Assembly: GCA_951406725.2 (NCBI GenBank)
Contig: OX597827.1
Location: 68,448,001-68,512,000, forward strand
DNA length: 64,000 bases
Origin: Octopus vulgaris
Taxonomy: Eukaryota
Direction: 5' to 3'
The notes beneath the pieces were generated by a model that did not search any database, was not told the origin of the DNA, and saw only the letters and a program-made list of their open reading frames with translations. This document shows positions 13,224 to 28,984 of the stretch, one piece after another. Numbering within the stretch: the first letter of the stretch is position 1; the number at the start of each line of letters is the position of its first letter. The translations under genes were made by a program, and so were the position numbers.

Positions 13224-13544
13224 AATAACCAAAACAAGAATCCTTTCTCTAATATGTTGCAATATCCAGAGACGTACTGTCTCGCTCGTTCTGCAAGAGT
13301 AACTTTTTATGGCGCTACGGAACGTTGGCAAACTTTCTTACTAGCCGTTTCTCATTCTGTATCTCTTCTGATTTCAACTCTCCTCCCTCACTTTCCCTAA
13401 TGTCTCCCTTCTTTCCTTTCTTATTTTTGTTTCTTACTTTATAATATAAATATTTTACTTGATGGTGTTGTTGATCCTTCTTCTTTCACCTTTCTTCCTT
13501 CGTGTATGAGTGAACGCACGCATATACCTATAGATAAACAGATA

Positions 13545-13605
<61 letters not shown>

Positions 13606-13905
13606 TGCGTGTGTCAAATAGATGTCTTGTAAAACTATTCCGCACATAAAATAACACCCATACCAACAATCCAACATATTTCCATCATCAGCTGCCCCAC
13701 GGATATCACTATGGTTTCGACACCTGGGCAGTACCATTCAATCAAGCGTTGTCAACAGACACTAAAAAAAGTGTTTTGGGGGAACAAACATACCTTAGAT
13801 ATCACCACATTCATTCAATCTTAATTCTAGGAAGGATTAAACACGAACATTATTAATTAAATTACACGAAACACATATACATACATACATGCATATATAC
13901 ATACA

Positions 13906-13968
<63 letters not shown>

Positions 13969-14127
13969 TAGAAAGTCTATGATAATTATTTTATACAGTC
14001 TTGAAGTCCAAAGATGATTTTTACTAAATTATTTTTTAAAGAAATGGTACGAAATATTTTATCAGGATTTTACTAATCTTTTCGGGGAAGAAGTTATTTT
14101 CTTGTGTGTGAGTCCTTTCGTTTAACA

Positions 14128-14196
<69 letters not shown>

Positions 14197-14499
14197 GTAT
14201 GTATGTATGTATGTATGTATGTATGTATGTATGTATGTATGTATGTATGTATGTATGCATGTACATATAATCGTCCTTGCTTTTCTCATACGAAAAGTCC
14301 AATTGGCAGAAATCTGCCATATTGGTCAGTTTTTCTCCCTAAGAATTATCCGGGTTCAATTCCTGATCGGGTTCACTTGGAAATCGATAAAAAAATGAAG
14401 TTCGATTTATTCAACTACAGAACCCCTACAGCAATCGCGTTGGCGTTATGCTTAAATGAATAAGCAAAAATTAAGCATCGTATTTCCTGCCTTTTGCTA

Positions 14500-14523
14500 T
14501 TATTATTGTTGTTGGTGTTGTTC

Positions 14524-14596
<73 letters not shown>

Positions 14597-14851
14597 TATC
14601 ATTATTATTATTATTACTATTATTATTATTATTATTATTATTACTACTACTATTATTATTATTACTATTATTATTATTATTATTATCATTATTATTATTA
14701 TTATTTATTATTATTATCATTATTATTATTATTGTCTACGACTACTCAGCCAATTATTATTAAACCAGTTAAACCAGTCCCAAAATAGATTGTTTTATTA
14801 CTTTTATCATTATAATGATTATTATTATTATTATTGTATTGATTATTATCA

Positions 14852-14891
<40 letters not shown>

Positions 14892-14940
14892 CATCGTCGT
14901 TGTTGTTGTTGAGGTTGTTGCTGTTGTTTTTATTGTTGAT
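14500..14940. repeat. (ATT)n/(GTT)n microsatellite
   Basis: Direct reading. Confidence 0.95.
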
Positions 14941-15110
14941 GGTTTTAATTACTTTTGTTTGTATTATTCGTTAATGATCAGCATTTGAAAAGACATTCCA
15001 GTCAATAGTCTTCTTTATTATTTATTTATTCTTTTGAGGAAGTTTAAATTATTCAAGAAGTTTATGACTTCAGAAAGTTTCGTTGCCGTGCCTACACACA
15101 CACACACACA

Positions 15111-15147
<37 letters not shown>

Positions 15148-15588
15148 AGACACACACACAGACACACACATGTATATATACAGAGAGAGAGAAACAAATA
15201 TATACGTATATGTATATGTACGTATTTCTATAAAAAAACAAACAACAATGGCGGTTCATTGTTCGTTTACAATAGGCGTTAAATCAACATTAACTCTCTA
15301 AATATAATTCTATAAAAGAAAAGCTTTTTTTTATTTATCTTCGTCAATGGCTTTCTTAGGCGGTTACTGGGAATTTCCATAGAATCGGAAGCAATACTTT
15401 TCGCTAATTTTCCCAAAGAACAAAAACCACAAAACTTTTTCGTTTCTTCAAAGTTGTTCACAAGTTTTTAATTTGGAAAATATTTTAAGCAGATTTCCCA
15501 TCGTTATTTATGTTCGGCCGCCAGACATGTAGACCAAAACTACGAGGTTCTCCTCACTTGGATTCCGTCCCCGATTCCATTTTTTATA

Positions 15589-15935
15589 TGCGTGGCATCT
15601 TTAGGCAAGTGTCTTTCTTCTGCTATAGCCCCGGGCCGACCAATGCCTTGTGAGTGGATTTGGTAGACGGAAACTGAAAGAAGCCTGTCGTATATATGTA
15701 TATATATATATATGTATGTGTGTGTATATGTTTGTGTGTCTGTGTTTGTCCCTCTAGCATTGCTTGACAACCGATGCTGGTGTGTTTACGTCCCCGTCAC
15801 TTTGCGGTTCGGCAAAAAGAGACCGATAGAATAAGTACTGGGCCTTACAAAGAATAAGTCCCGGGGTCGATTTGCTCGACTAAAGGCGGTGCTCCAGCAT
15901 GGCCGCAGTCAAAATGACTGAAACAAGTAAAAGAG
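15589..15935 (+). mobile_element. SINE family A
   Basis: Body and tail match 38146-38560. Confidence 0.9.
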
Positions 15936-16455
15936 AGAAATACTTTTTTCTTTCTCCTTTTTCACTATATAAGAAAAAAGGACAATATCCAAAACGTCAT
16001 TCTCCTCCATTACTTAATCCACTTAAATCGAACCCACATCACTCTGATGGCGCCGAGGTTTTAATCACCATGAAAATATCTCTCTGAAACAACCTCTTTG
16101 GATAAGAAAAGGTAGAGAAATCCTATTTTCCATTATAGTGAAAACCAGCGTGACTTGAACCTGTATCTGTTCAGCCGAGTCATCCGAGCTCTCGCTAAAT
16201 TAAATTTTTCCTGTAAGTACACTTTCTCGAAAAGCAGAGCACATTGTTATTTATGTTATTCTGCACGTCACATTTGCGTTTGTGTTACGCTTTCAGCAAC
16301 CTCAACTATGGAACGGAATCGATGACAATATTAGTACAGGTATAACATCGATCAGCTAGAAACTTTGGTTCCAAAGTCCCTCCAGATTTCTGATTTTTCT
16401 GAATCGGGTTTGGTCACACTCTAACTATAACAAATATCAAAATTTTTACTTAAAT

Positions 16456-16493
<38 letters not shown>

Positions 16494-16631
16494 TTATTTA
16501 TATATAATTATATATATATATATATATATACATATATATATGTATGTATGTATAATATACATATACATATATATATATATATATATATGTACATATAAAT
16601 ATGTATGTATATATATATATATATACACACA

Positions 16632-16678
<47 letters not shown>

Positions 16679-16719
16679 GAAAGAAGGTTTGAAAATGCAA
16701 TTTTAAAAGATGTTTATTA

Positions 16720-16761
16720 ACTTGACCAGTTTCACTTTTTTAGAAAAAGATTGTCAAAAGT
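16720..16761 (-). ncRNA. Hammerhead-like motif, U3-A8 core variant
   Basis: ACTT TTGACAA T CTTTTT CTA AAAAAG T GAAA CTGG TC AAGT; helix I ACTT/AAGT. Confidence 0.5.
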
Positions 16762-17054
16762 AAAATGTAAAAGCTTTGTTGTGTTAAGGACTGGTTGTCA
16801 CAAGAGTATTAAAATACATATATACATTCTTTGATAATAATAAGAAAATGTTAACAACAGTTTACAAGGAAAAATCTTGAGAAAATATTAAAAAGTTCAT
16901 TAAGATTTCGGGCCTTGTACCTAGAGTAGAAAAGAATATTAGAATCAAGCAGATTTATGATTGGTGAATTATAACGCAAACGCAAAAATCCTGCATTTAA
17001 ATTTTTTAAATCCCTATCATATGGCACGTGTACGTTTGAATTTTTAAAAGCCTC

Positions 17055-17220
17055 ATCACAGCCGCAGTCGTGGCTGCGTAGCAGGGACATTGTTTCTAAA
17101 CCACATCGCTCTGGATTAAGTCTCACTGCGTAGTACGTTAGGCAAGAGTCTTCTACTATAGCCAAAAGGTTGGCCAATGCTTTGTCAGCCGATTTGGTTG
17201 ACGGCAACTGAAAGAAACCA

Positions 17221-17262
<42 letters not shown>

Positions 17263-17960
17263 CGCAGGAGTGGCTGTGTGGTAAGTAGCTTGCTTACCAA
17301 CTACATGGTAATTGGTTCATTCCCACTGCGTAGCATCTATTATTGCCTCGGGCCGATCAACCCTTGTGAGTGGGTTTGGTAGACGGAAACTGAAAGAAGC
17401 CCGTCGTATATCTGTATATATATATGTGTGTGTATGTTTATGTGTGTGTGTTTGTGTGTCTGTGTTTGTCTCCCCAACATCGCTTGACAACCGATGCTGG
17501 TGTGTTTACGTCCCTGTAACTTAGCGGTTCGACAAAAGAGACGGTTGAATAAGTACCAGGCTTCCAAAGAATAAGTCCTGGGTTCGATTTGCTCGACTAA
17601 AAAGCGGTGCTTCCGCATTACCGCAGTCAAATCACTGAAACTAATAAAAGAGTATAGTCTGTCACTTATGCTCAACTGCTATTGCTAAGTTACGGGAACA
17701 CAAACAAACCAACACCGTTTGTCACGTTTGTCGTTAGGAGACAAACAGAAACACAACACAGACACTCACATAGATATATATATATATATATATTCATAGA
17801 TAGATATCTACGGGCTTCTTTTAGTTGTCCAGCTACCAAATCCACTCAGACGATTTTGTCCTGCCCGGGGCTAGAGTAGAAAACACACTCGCAAGGTACC
17901 ACGTAGTGGGACTGAACCCAGAACCATGCGGTTGGGAAACAAACTTCTTACCACGCAGCC
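17055..17960. mobile_element. Cluster of three SINE family A copies (minus, plus, minus)
   Basis: 17055-17220 minus decayed head; 17260-17650 plus; 17685-17960 minus. Confidence 0.8.
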
Positions 17961-18168
17961 AGACACAGAGACACCGACTTATTGTCAATAACATCTCCCC
18001 CACAAAAAAAATCTAGATGCTTCGATATTAATTACACAAGAATAGCAGGAAATGTATGTATGTATGTTCGTTCGTTTAAGTCTTACATATGTAAAACGAC
18101 AGCGACTAATATAGATATTAGTAATCAGCGACGAAATTGTCCACTTACGTTTGAATCTGATACTAATC

Positions 18169-18223
<55 letters not shown>

Positions 18224-18303
18224 TCATTGAAACTCATTGAAACACACAGAGTGACATACGCTCATACGCATTTCACCCTCCACTCAATGAGACATATGCA
18301 TAT

Positions 18304-18375
<72 letters not shown>

Positions 18376-18460
18376 ATATATATATACACATATATATATG
18401 TATATATATTATATATATATGTATATATATTATATATATATATATTATGTATATATATAA

Positions 18461-18495
<35 letters not shown>

Positions 18496-18920
18496 AATTT
18501 ACACACATGTTCATATGTGTCTATCTATGTTTCTCGCTATATATATGTGTGTGTATGTGTGTGTGTATATGTGTATCTATGTTTCTCACTATATATATGT
18601 GTGTGTGTGTGTGCTTGAGTGTGTGCATGTATATAAATATGTATGTGTTTGTATGTGTATGAGTACATGTGTACAGATATATGAGTGTGCATACGGATAC
18701 TTTTATACACACGCACACATATACACACATATATATAGGTAAATACGTATACACACACACGCTCATGTACATGCCTATAGTTATCTGTGTACACGTACGT
18801 ACGTATCTCTAAAGTATATATGTACGTATGTGTGTGTATTTGCATTTTATGGAAGCAAACACACGCTCATGACTTTATTCCAATATACACGCATCCATTC
18901 AGAGACAAACACGACAGACT

Positions 18921-18961
<41 letters not shown>

Positions 18962-18987
18962 GCCTATAAATTGATGCAAAGAAATAG

Positions 18988-19065
<78 letters not shown>

Positions 19066-19221
19066 TTCGCTTTTTATAGACCCGCCTACATAATCTGTCT
19101 GTTTACATGTTGGCACAGCCACCCATCCACACATATATATATATATACACGTGAGATATTGACTATTTTGGGAGACACAAGAAAAGTTATCCTCGTTTGA
19201 AATTGTATATATGTGTGTCTG

Positions 19222-19263
<42 letters not shown>

Positions 19264-19273
19264 CGTGTTAGTA

Positions 19274-19312
<39 letters not shown>

Positions 19313-19388
19313 GTAGACACACACACACACGGAAAAGCCAATTAAGATCATATGCAAATGTGTTATGTTTGATGTATTTATGCGATTT

Positions 19389-19481
<93 letters not shown>

Positions 19482-19596
19482 TATACATAGATACACATAT
19501 ATACATACATATGCACACATGTTTATATATATATATATATATATATTCGACACAGACAAACACACCATCCCACGCATGTATGCATATATACGTATA

Positions 19597-19657
<61 letters not shown>

Positions 19658-19728
19658 GAGAAGAGGGAAAGAGACAGAGAGCCAGGGAAAACAAATATGC
19701 ATGGACAATATGTTTGTATGCATCTGCT

Positions 19729-19780
<52 letters not shown>

Positions 19781-20029
19781 TATATTCCTGTATTTATGTC
19801 TAATTTTGAAGTACAAGCGTCGATATTTTTCTTCATATGAAAATGATGTACGTATGTATGTCGGCATGTATGTATGCATCTGTGTATTCGTGTGTGTTTC
19901 TGCATGCATGTATGTGTGTGCATTAATGCGACTATTGATAGCGCTGTGAAATGCACTCAAGCGTAACTAGTATATAGTTCCTGTACAGATTCAACGCACT
20001 TGCTTAGGCGTGTGGAATATATATATATA

Positions 20030-20260
20030 TTTTTCTTTACTACCCACAAGGGGCTAAACACAGAGAGGACAAACAAGGACAGAAAAACGGATTAAGTCGA
20101 TTATGTCGACTCCAGTGCGTAACTGGTACTTAATTTATCGACCCCGAAAGGATGAAAGGCATATCGACCTCGGCGGAATTTGAACTCAGAACGTAATGGC
20201 AGACGAAATACTGCTAACTATTTCGCCCGGCGTGTTAACGATTCTGCCATCTCGCCGCCG
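20030..20260 (-). mobile_element. SINE family B (tRNA head, Meta-domain-like block)
   Basis: Minus strand GGCGGCGAG...GAGTTCAAATTCC...GCCTTTCATCCTTTCGGGGTCGATAAATTAAGTACC. Confidence 0.9.
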
Positions 20261-20673
20261 TAAATGTAGAATACGTGGAATATATATATGGTTTTGGGGT
20301 ATACAGCCTAGTGTGTGTGTGTGCGTGGGCGTGTCTATATGAATGTGCGCGTGTGTGGTGTATGTGTGTGCATGTGTATATTATGCCTCTGTGTGTGTAT
20401 GTGTTTGACTGTGTAGTGCGACAATTCTATGACGTGGTAGTTCGGTCCAAAAACAGCCACCAGCTCAGCGAATGGACGGCGTTCTAGTCATGACCATCCC
20501 ATTATTTATTGGCAAAATCGTTAGAGTTTTGCGTTATTCCTTCCGGCTCACTGCGCCTTGAGTTCAAATGCGGCTTTGGTTATCTATACCTTCTATCGTT
20601 TGAATTTGTCTGTTGGTTTAACCTTTTCTTTGGACGTCTTTAGCTGTGTCCCCTTTGTAACATGCATTTACGC

Positions 20674-21006
20674 CAATGGTTCTCAAATGATTACTATTTT
20701 ATTCCGGTAGACCCCCATAGCCATTCGATGTTTAAAAACTAGTTTTATAGATGCTCCTTTCTAAATTCCTATTTTTATTTATCACACATTCATTTTAGAA
20801 GGCTGCAATAATATTATTTGAGAGAATATGCTCCAGGACCGGGAAACATGTTGAAATATGTAAAACATGAGAGGGAGCAAACCAAGCTGCATCTTGTAAT
20901 AAATACATCGAAAGCAATTTTTTTTCGTGGATCCTTAGTTTGCTATTCTGCTTACGTAGACCCCTGCAAAAAATGTTATGTGAACCCACTCGGTTGAGAA
21001 CCAGTC
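20674..21006. mobile_element. hAT (Charlie-like) MITE
   Basis: TIRs CAATGGTTCTCAA / TTGAGAACCAGTC; flanking 8-mers ATTTACGC / GTTTAGGC as a decayed TSD. Confidence 0.6.
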
Positions 21007-21543
21007 GTTTAGGCTAGTTACATCATACGTTTGACAAAATTTTCGTCCCAACCCGTATCCGTACCCCACAACCAGTTTAGGAGGCCCTGAAACAAAAACC
21101 GAAAGCTCCTAAATGCCCCAGCCCCTTATTGTCAAAGTAATTAGATAAAAAATATTGCTCCATTACCCCATAGTGTTCTTCCCAAAACATTTTCATATGT
21201 TTGACCTAAACGTCCATTTTTGTTTTCAGTCCTTTAATTAACTCTTGTTTCATACGATCTGAGTAATATAAAGCAGTTTTTTCATGAGTTCCAATCACTT
21301 TGGTGGTTAAAAAAATATTAGGAATCTGTATCATATATGACGCATGGTCACCAGGGAAATATGTCCTATATTTTACATGTAATACACAGGACAGCAAAGG
21401 ATTTAGGCTGATAATCTTAACAGATTCTTTGACGATGTAGATGTTCTTTTGGTAGTGCATGTTATTGTGGCACTTGCTACAGCTGTTGGTGTTGTTGTTG
21501 TTGTTGTTTCTCTTGCTGTTGTTCATGACGTTGCTTCTGCTGC

Positions 21544-21577
<34 letters not shown>

Positions 21578-22371
21578 AAGCAACAAGACGGGTAAGGGTG
21601 ATTAGGTGATGGTCTAGGGCTTAGGGGCAGGAGACCCCAGACCTTGGAAAAATAAAAAACTTTGGTCGTCTTGTTGTAGTCGAGGGCTCTTCTTTGACGC
21701 CCGACACCACTGGGAGGTGGCCCTCGAAGTCGCTGGAAATGGAGATATCCAGGTCCAAATTCTTGAACGGCTGCTGCTACTGCTACTTTTGTTGTTGGGG
21801 GACCCAAAAGTCAACCCTGCACAATGAAAAAAAATCTATCTGCTCAGTGTTATCCCTGACTACATGATATAACGTAGTGCTTCGCATCTTAAAAGCTGGT
21901 ACATGGCAGAAGTATGAACGGAGGAAGCAGCGGTAACTATTTCTAGCAAGTCAAACAAAGACAGAACCACAGTCATTGACTCGTACTTAGATTGTGGCTA
22001 CATAAACACTTCTCCGTGGAAACTAATTTGAGACAGGACATTTTGTAGACATAAAGCAGAATTTTTAGATATCATCTGCAAAATCTCCATTAGCAGACGA
22101 CAACCTGTAAGGGTTAAACGGATACAGACTTTCAAATACACACGCACACACAAATACACACATATACACGTATATTTATATATCTATATGTATATATATG
22201 TGTGTAATTATTTTTAAGATCGCTGGCTCCTACCGAGATGTTGTCTAGATAGATTACTTACAGTAGAATTTAACTAGAGATAAGATATTTTCTAGATATA
22301 AACTAGATATCAGATGTATAAATTCCGCTAGTAGACAACAACCTGTAAGAGTTGACCAGATACACACACTT

Positions 22372-22427
<56 letters not shown>

Positions 22428-22457
22428 TGTGTGTGTAAAACATAAATAATATATATG

Positions 22458-22492
<35 letters not shown>

Positions 22493-22510
22493 ACATATAT
22501 ACATATATAC

Positions 22511-22713
22511 GCCATGATAGATCGTTAGCTCCTACACGCATTTTTTTTCTCTCCTTGCTTCTCTCCTTGTTTTTTTCTGTGTATCTTTCTGTCGAAGAGC
22601 GTAGGCTCGAAATGTAAAAGACTTTTTCTATTTCTGAGCGCTATACTAATACATTTGTTTGTTTGTACTCCACCTGCCTTCGTCTTTTGTTTATTTTCGT
22701 ACACTTTCCCTTC
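22511..22713 (+). mobile_element. Solo Penelope-like terminal repeat fragment with hammerhead motif at 22584-22621
   Basis: Colinear with 59250-59460; TCTTT CTGTCGA A GAG CGTAGG CTC GAAA TG TA AAAGA; flanked by TA repeats. Confidence 0.85.
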
Positions 22714-22945
22714 ATATATATATACATACATACAAACGTGCATATAAACATGCATACATAGCTGTATAACAATATATGCTTGGATGTTTGTGTGAATATA
22801 AATATATCAACACACACGCAAACACACATACATGCATACAAATACACACACATATGCATCCATACTTGTATGTACATATATGTTGGCCGTAACATACATA
22901 TGCACACCCACCCACACGACGGTATATCTACTTACGTAAGCGTGG

Positions 22946-23009
<64 letters not shown>

Positions 23010-23076
23010 AGGAGAAATATAAGCAAACCTTATAGGACATGTATACGTAAGACATTACTGAAAAATAGCACACAAA

Positions 23077-23107
<31 letters not shown>

Positions 23108-23184
23108 GTCGTTTATATATGCATGTACATATATATGTATGTATAATGTATGTATGTATAGACAGATAAAAAAATTAATAAATG

Positions 23185-23430
23185 CACCCTTTTTAAAGCC
23201 TAGCCAGACTCATGGGCCCGGTTCCCGGTTTCTGTAGCGTATCTGTTCCCCCCAGCTGGACGGGATGCCAGTCCATCGCAGCGTTACTCATTTTTGCCAG
23301 CTGAGTGGACTGGAGCAACGTGAAATGAAGTGTTTTGCTCAAGAGCACAACGCGTCGCCCGCTTCAGGAATCGAAACCACAATCTTGCGATCATGATGCT
23401 GACACCCTAACCACTAAGCCAAGCGCCTCC
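23185..23430 (-). mobile_element. SINE with family C-like head and a different tail
   Basis: Minus strand GGCGCTTGGCTTAGTGGTTAGGG...GTTGTGCTCTTGAGCAAAACACTT. Confidence 0.8.
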
Positions 23431-23457
23431 ACATATATAGACAGATACATGCATACT

Positions 23458-23606
23458 TATTTCCTTATTGCCCATAAGGGGCTAAACATAGTGGAGACAA
23501 ACAAGGACAGACAAATGGATTAAGTCGATTAGATCGACCCCAGTGCGTAACTGGTACTTAATTTATCGACCCCGAAAGGATGAAAGGCAAAGTCGACCTC
23601 GGCGGA
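23458..23606 (-). mobile_element. SINE family B 3' part
   Basis: Meta-like block and tail. Confidence 0.85.
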
Positions 23607-23614
23607 TACATACA

Positions 23615-23648
<34 letters not shown>

Positions 23649-23706
23649 CATACATACATACACACATACATACATACATACATAGATACATACATACATA
23701 CATATA

Positions 23707-23740
<34 letters not shown>

Positions 23741-24441
23741 CATACATACACTCATACATACATATATACATACATACATACATAATCCCTCCCTTGACTA
23801 GCGTGTGTCTAACCACAAAGCCACAACAACAGCAACAAAGGGGACTGAAATCGCTTCTCCGATTGCCACTAACATTTCTTTACCACGGGGCTAAATTCGA
23901 ACATTGCAATGGGATATAAAAGAAAGAGAAAGAGAGAGAGCGACAGAGACAGAGACAGACAGACAGACAGACAGACATACTGAGACAGAGAGAGAGGGAG
24001 AGAGCGACAGAGACAGAGACAGACTGACAGACCGAGAGAGAGAGAGAGAGAGAGAGAGAACATGCCCATACATATGGTCAGCCATATTTATGGCTGCGTT
24101 TTGTCAAATTCTGCCGAGGTCGGCCTTGCCACTCATAAGTACCGGTTGATCACTAGATCCGAATTAATCGACTTGCTCAGTTCCCATAAATTTCTGGCCT
24201 TCTGCCTTTAATAGAAAGGATATTTGTGGTCGTATACTAAGGAAGCTGGTGTGGTTTCAGGTGGGACAGAGTGAAAGAGAGAGAGAGAGAAACAGACAGA
24301 CACAGACAGACAGATAGACAGACAGACAGACAGAGACAGAAACAGAGAGTGAGAGAGGGAACAAGCACTTACAGATGATTCATTTTCAAGACCAATGTCT
24401 TGAGAGTGAATCTGGTTGGCGATAACTGTGTGGAAGCCCAT

Positions 24442-24504
<63 letters not shown>

Positions 24505-25466
24505 GAGAATGAAGCAAAGAGGCAAAGGCTCTGAGAGAGACAGAGTGAAAGAGGGAGACAGAGAAAGAGTAGGGAGAGAGACACGGAATGTGTTTTTGTG
24601 TTTCTCCCCGCCACGAATCGACAACCGATGTTGGTTTTTTTTACATCCCTGTAATATAGCGTTTCATCGAAAGTGACCGATAGAATATGTAGCAGATTTT
24701 ATAAGACATACTGTAGTCGGTCGGTTCCACTAAACAAATCATTCAAGGCGGGTGCCCTTCCCCCCCCCCTCACACACACACACACACACAAACACACATG
24801 GTCGCATCCAATGACTGAAACAAGTACATGAACAAAAATACAAACACACACAGCAGTATACACACATACATACATACATACACATAAAAACACACACACA
24901 CACATACACATATGCACACATACACATAGAGGTACGTGTATTTAGTGGGCGGAAGGGCGCTGTTTAATATAAAAGCCGATCTAAGTCACCGGGACAGGAA
25001 TGTTTATAACCATTTCGGAAACTGTCCTTGAGTAACATTTCACCAACATTTAGCAATAGAACCACCACCACCCCCATCACCACCACTACTAGTACTACTA
25101 CTAGTACTAGTACTACTACTACTACTACTACTTCTACTATTCTTGCTTTTCAAGAAGCTAGTTAAAAGCCAATAACCTCACACCCATAAAATTAGTGTAT
25201 GTGAATATCATATGTGAATTTATATGTATATATATATATATATATGTATGTATGTGTGTGTGTGTATATATATGCACACACACATATATATATATATATA
25301 TAAAAACTTAGATTATATATATGTATATACATATATATATACATAGACATATATATATGTATATATAAACATATTTATATATATACACACACAAACATAT
25401 ATATACATATATGCATACATATGTATATATATATATACATATATATATACATATGTATGTGTGTAC

Positions 25467-25504
<38 letters not shown>

Positions 25505-25679
25505 ATGATAGTTATACGTATATATATATATATGTACGTATGCATGTATATATGTATATGTAGATGTACGTGCGTTTGTATGTATGAGTGTGTCTGTGTC
25601 TGTGTAACTGTGTGTGTATGTTTGTATATCCTTCTATCTATCTCTGTACATACACATATACATATATACGTACACACAC

Positions 25680-25770
<91 letters not shown>

Positions 25771-26166
25771 CAGATAGATAGGTGAATATGTTTATAGTTT
25801 ACGCAGGGGATACAACAAACTCGGCATTTTAAACGTAGAATATTTGGTGCACCCAGGAAATTATTGAGTTCACGGTCTTTTCACCCCACCGCCCTTTCTT
25901 CGGTGAAAAATAACCGATTGTTACTTTTTACTGAAGAACCGGGTATCGGAAATCTGTGCAATGTCTCTGAGATCAGACCAGCGCACTTGGTTAACAGTTT
26001 AATAACCGCTTGAGCGATAAGGTAAACAAATTATATTTGAGCAATGGTAAGGCAAGGCAAGGCAAGGGGAAAAAAAGAAGAGAAATAGAGTGATGGAGGG
26101 TACAGAAGCAAAAAAAACAGCGTAGTTTAATAGAGTGATAGGCGATTGGTGTATTTGTGCGTTTGC

Positions 26167-26197
<31 letters not shown>

Positions 26198-26273
26198 TGT
26201 ATATCTGCATGTATGCATGTAGTATGTATATATGTGTGTATGTGTGTATGTGTGTATGTATGTATTATGTATG

Positions 26274-26307
<34 letters not shown>

Positions 26308-26322
26308 TGTATGTATGTGTGC

Positions 26323-26366
<44 letters not shown>

Positions 26367-26809
26367 GTATGTATTTATGTACTCATGCATGTGTGTGCAT
26401 GTATGTCTCCATGTATACATGTGTGTATGTATGTATGCATGTATGTGTGTAAGTATGTATTATGCATGCATGTATGTATGTGTGTGTGTATATATATATG
26501 TATTTATGTGCACATACATCCGTATGCATGTGTGTGTATGTATATATGTGTGTATGTGCGTATGTGTGTATGTGTGTATGTATTTATGTATGTATGTATG
26601 CATGTAAGTCTATAAGTATGTATGCATGTATGTCTGTATGTATGTATTATGCATGGATGTACCTATGTGTGTATATATATATATATGTATATAACCGCAT
26701 TGAATTTGCCTTTAGAAATTTAAATATGTCACAAACATATTTTAGCTAACCTAAAATTTGCATATATATCCAGACATACATATAGCAAAGATTTACCTCT
26801 TGCCATTCT

Positions 26810-27110
26810 AGACCTCCTTCAGTCATGGGGTTGCACCTACAAAGTTCCCCTCCGAGTCTCAAGTCCGGGCAAGGTTGTTTACGGACAAACCAGCCTTCTC
26901 TCTCCATGCCACTGATGTTATCCAAGGGAAAGGCAAAGGGGTCGATACTGCTTGGCACCAGTGACGTCGCAAGTCAGTCAGCTGGGTGAATTGGAACAAC
27001 GTGGAATGAAGCGACTTGCTCAAGAAGAGACCACACAACCCGGTTCGAGGATTGAACTCACTGCTTCGTGGTTGTGAGCCTGGCACTCTAACCACTGAGC
27101 CATGCGCATT
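26810..27110 (-). mobile_element. SINE family C
   Basis: Matches other family C copies. Confidence 0.85.
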
Positions 27111-27264
27111 CACACACCTATATATATATATAATCTCTTTACTCTTTACTCATTTACTTGTCTCAGTCATTTGACTGCGGCCATGCTGGAGCACCGCCGT
27201 TAATCGAGCAAATCGACCCCAGTACTTATTCTGTGGAAGCCTAGTACTTATTATATCTGTCTCG

Positions 27265-27492
27265 TCCAGTCACGAGGAAGTGAAAGGTGTAGTGAAGAAG
27301 TGGCTCAAAGAACAGGCAAGAGAAGTTTACGAGGCAGGGATACATGCTATTGAGAGAAATGGTGACTATGTTGAGAAATAGGGATGTGATCTCCAGAGGA
27401 CCAGCTTCATTTTGATGTATGATACATGTTCCTGTGTTGGTAATTATACCAGTCCTAAACAAAATGGCATTACTTTTTGACTCACCCACGTA
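27265..27492 (+). mobile_element. mariner transposase C-terminal remnant with 3' TIR
   Basis: EEVKGVVKKWLKEQAREVYEAGIHA..IERNGDYVEK*; ends TTACTTTTTGACTCACCCACG followed by TA. Confidence 0.75.
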
Positions 27493-27514
27493 TATATATA
27501 TTATATATATTCTT

Positions 27515-27742
27515 ACTCTTATATTTGTTTCAGTCATTTGAGTGCAGCCATGTTGGAGTACCACCTTTAGTCGAACAAGTCGACCCGGGACTTATTCTTT
27601 GTAAGCCCAGTACTCACACTATCGGTATTCCCCGCCGAACCCCTAGGTTACGGTGACGTAAACACACCAGCATCGGTTGTCAAGCGGATGGTGATGGGGG
27701 ACAAACATAGGCACAAATACATACATACATGCATACACACAC

Positions 27743-27792
<50 letters not shown>

Positions 27793-27955
27793 CGGCCGTC
27801 TTTCAGTTTCCGTCTACCAAATCCACCACTCACAAGGCTTTGGTCGGCCCTAGGCTATAGTAGAAGACACTTGCACAAGGAACCACACAGTGGGACTGAA
27901 CCCGAAACCATGTAGTTGGGAAGCAGGCTTCTTACTGCACAGCCACTCCTGCGCC
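27515..27955 (-). mobile_element. SINE family A, full length
   Basis: Tail to head reverse complement, ending ACTCCTGCGCCT. Confidence 0.9.
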
Positions 27956-27984
27956 TATATATGCCTTTGAGATGTATCATCTAT

Positions 27985-28024
<40 letters not shown>

Positions 28025-28984
28025 GCAAACAAACATATATGTGTGTATGTAAATCTGTATGAATGTATATCTCTGTATGTATGAGAGAGAGGGAGAGAGC
28101 GATTGAGAGAGAGAGAGAGGTGTATGTATGGGTGCCTGTATGTGTTTGAATGTTTGCATAAATATCTGCAAGACAATAAAAGTGAACTTTCCCAGACATA
28201 AACACATCCACCCACGATAGCTAGCTTTAATACACCGACACTCAAAAGCTCACCAACGAGTACACTTACAAACACATGCACGTAAATACACATACATACA
28301 TATATATATTTATATATGTACTCACATACACAGACGCACACATACACACACACTTGTATATGTATATATACATATATACGCACACACACACACACACACA
28401 CACACATACATATATTTCATCTTTGTATTTGGTTTGCAAGATTCTTTATGGGAATTCGTGTGTTGAAGCATATTTTATTGTATCTGTAGATAAGTAAATG
28501 AGTGGATATCGAACTAAGTAACCGGCTTAGAAATAAGGCACGGAAAGAAAATGACTTTCTACAGACACAAAAATATACAATAGCATCCAGCTGTATTTCT
28601 GCCTGGGCAGATGGATGCGTTAGCACCGAAGTCGAAGGTTTCTTAACTAACGAAGGCAACAATTGAATATCAAACGAGTAAATACAACCGGATCTCATTG
28701 TACAGGTAAACGATTGCATAACCAAATACATGTACATATAAAGAACTATGTTGTATGGATACATTTGTAGTGATTAGGAATATAAATCTCCAACCGTATT
28801 CCTTCTTGTTGACTCTATCGTATTCCGTTATATTTTCACACACGACGAACACCTAAATCTAGACTTGAAAGTATATCGTAATAATACCTAATACCGGCTA
28901 TTCGGAATTTCTAAGTGTGAACAAGCTCTATACTGTACTCTGCTACGTTCCTTAGGCCTTAAATATATGTAGTAATATATATAT

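Noticed and set aside
13681-13735. Minus-strand GAAAC...CTGATGA as a type II hammerhead
   Set aside because: No convincing helix II or UH cleavage site
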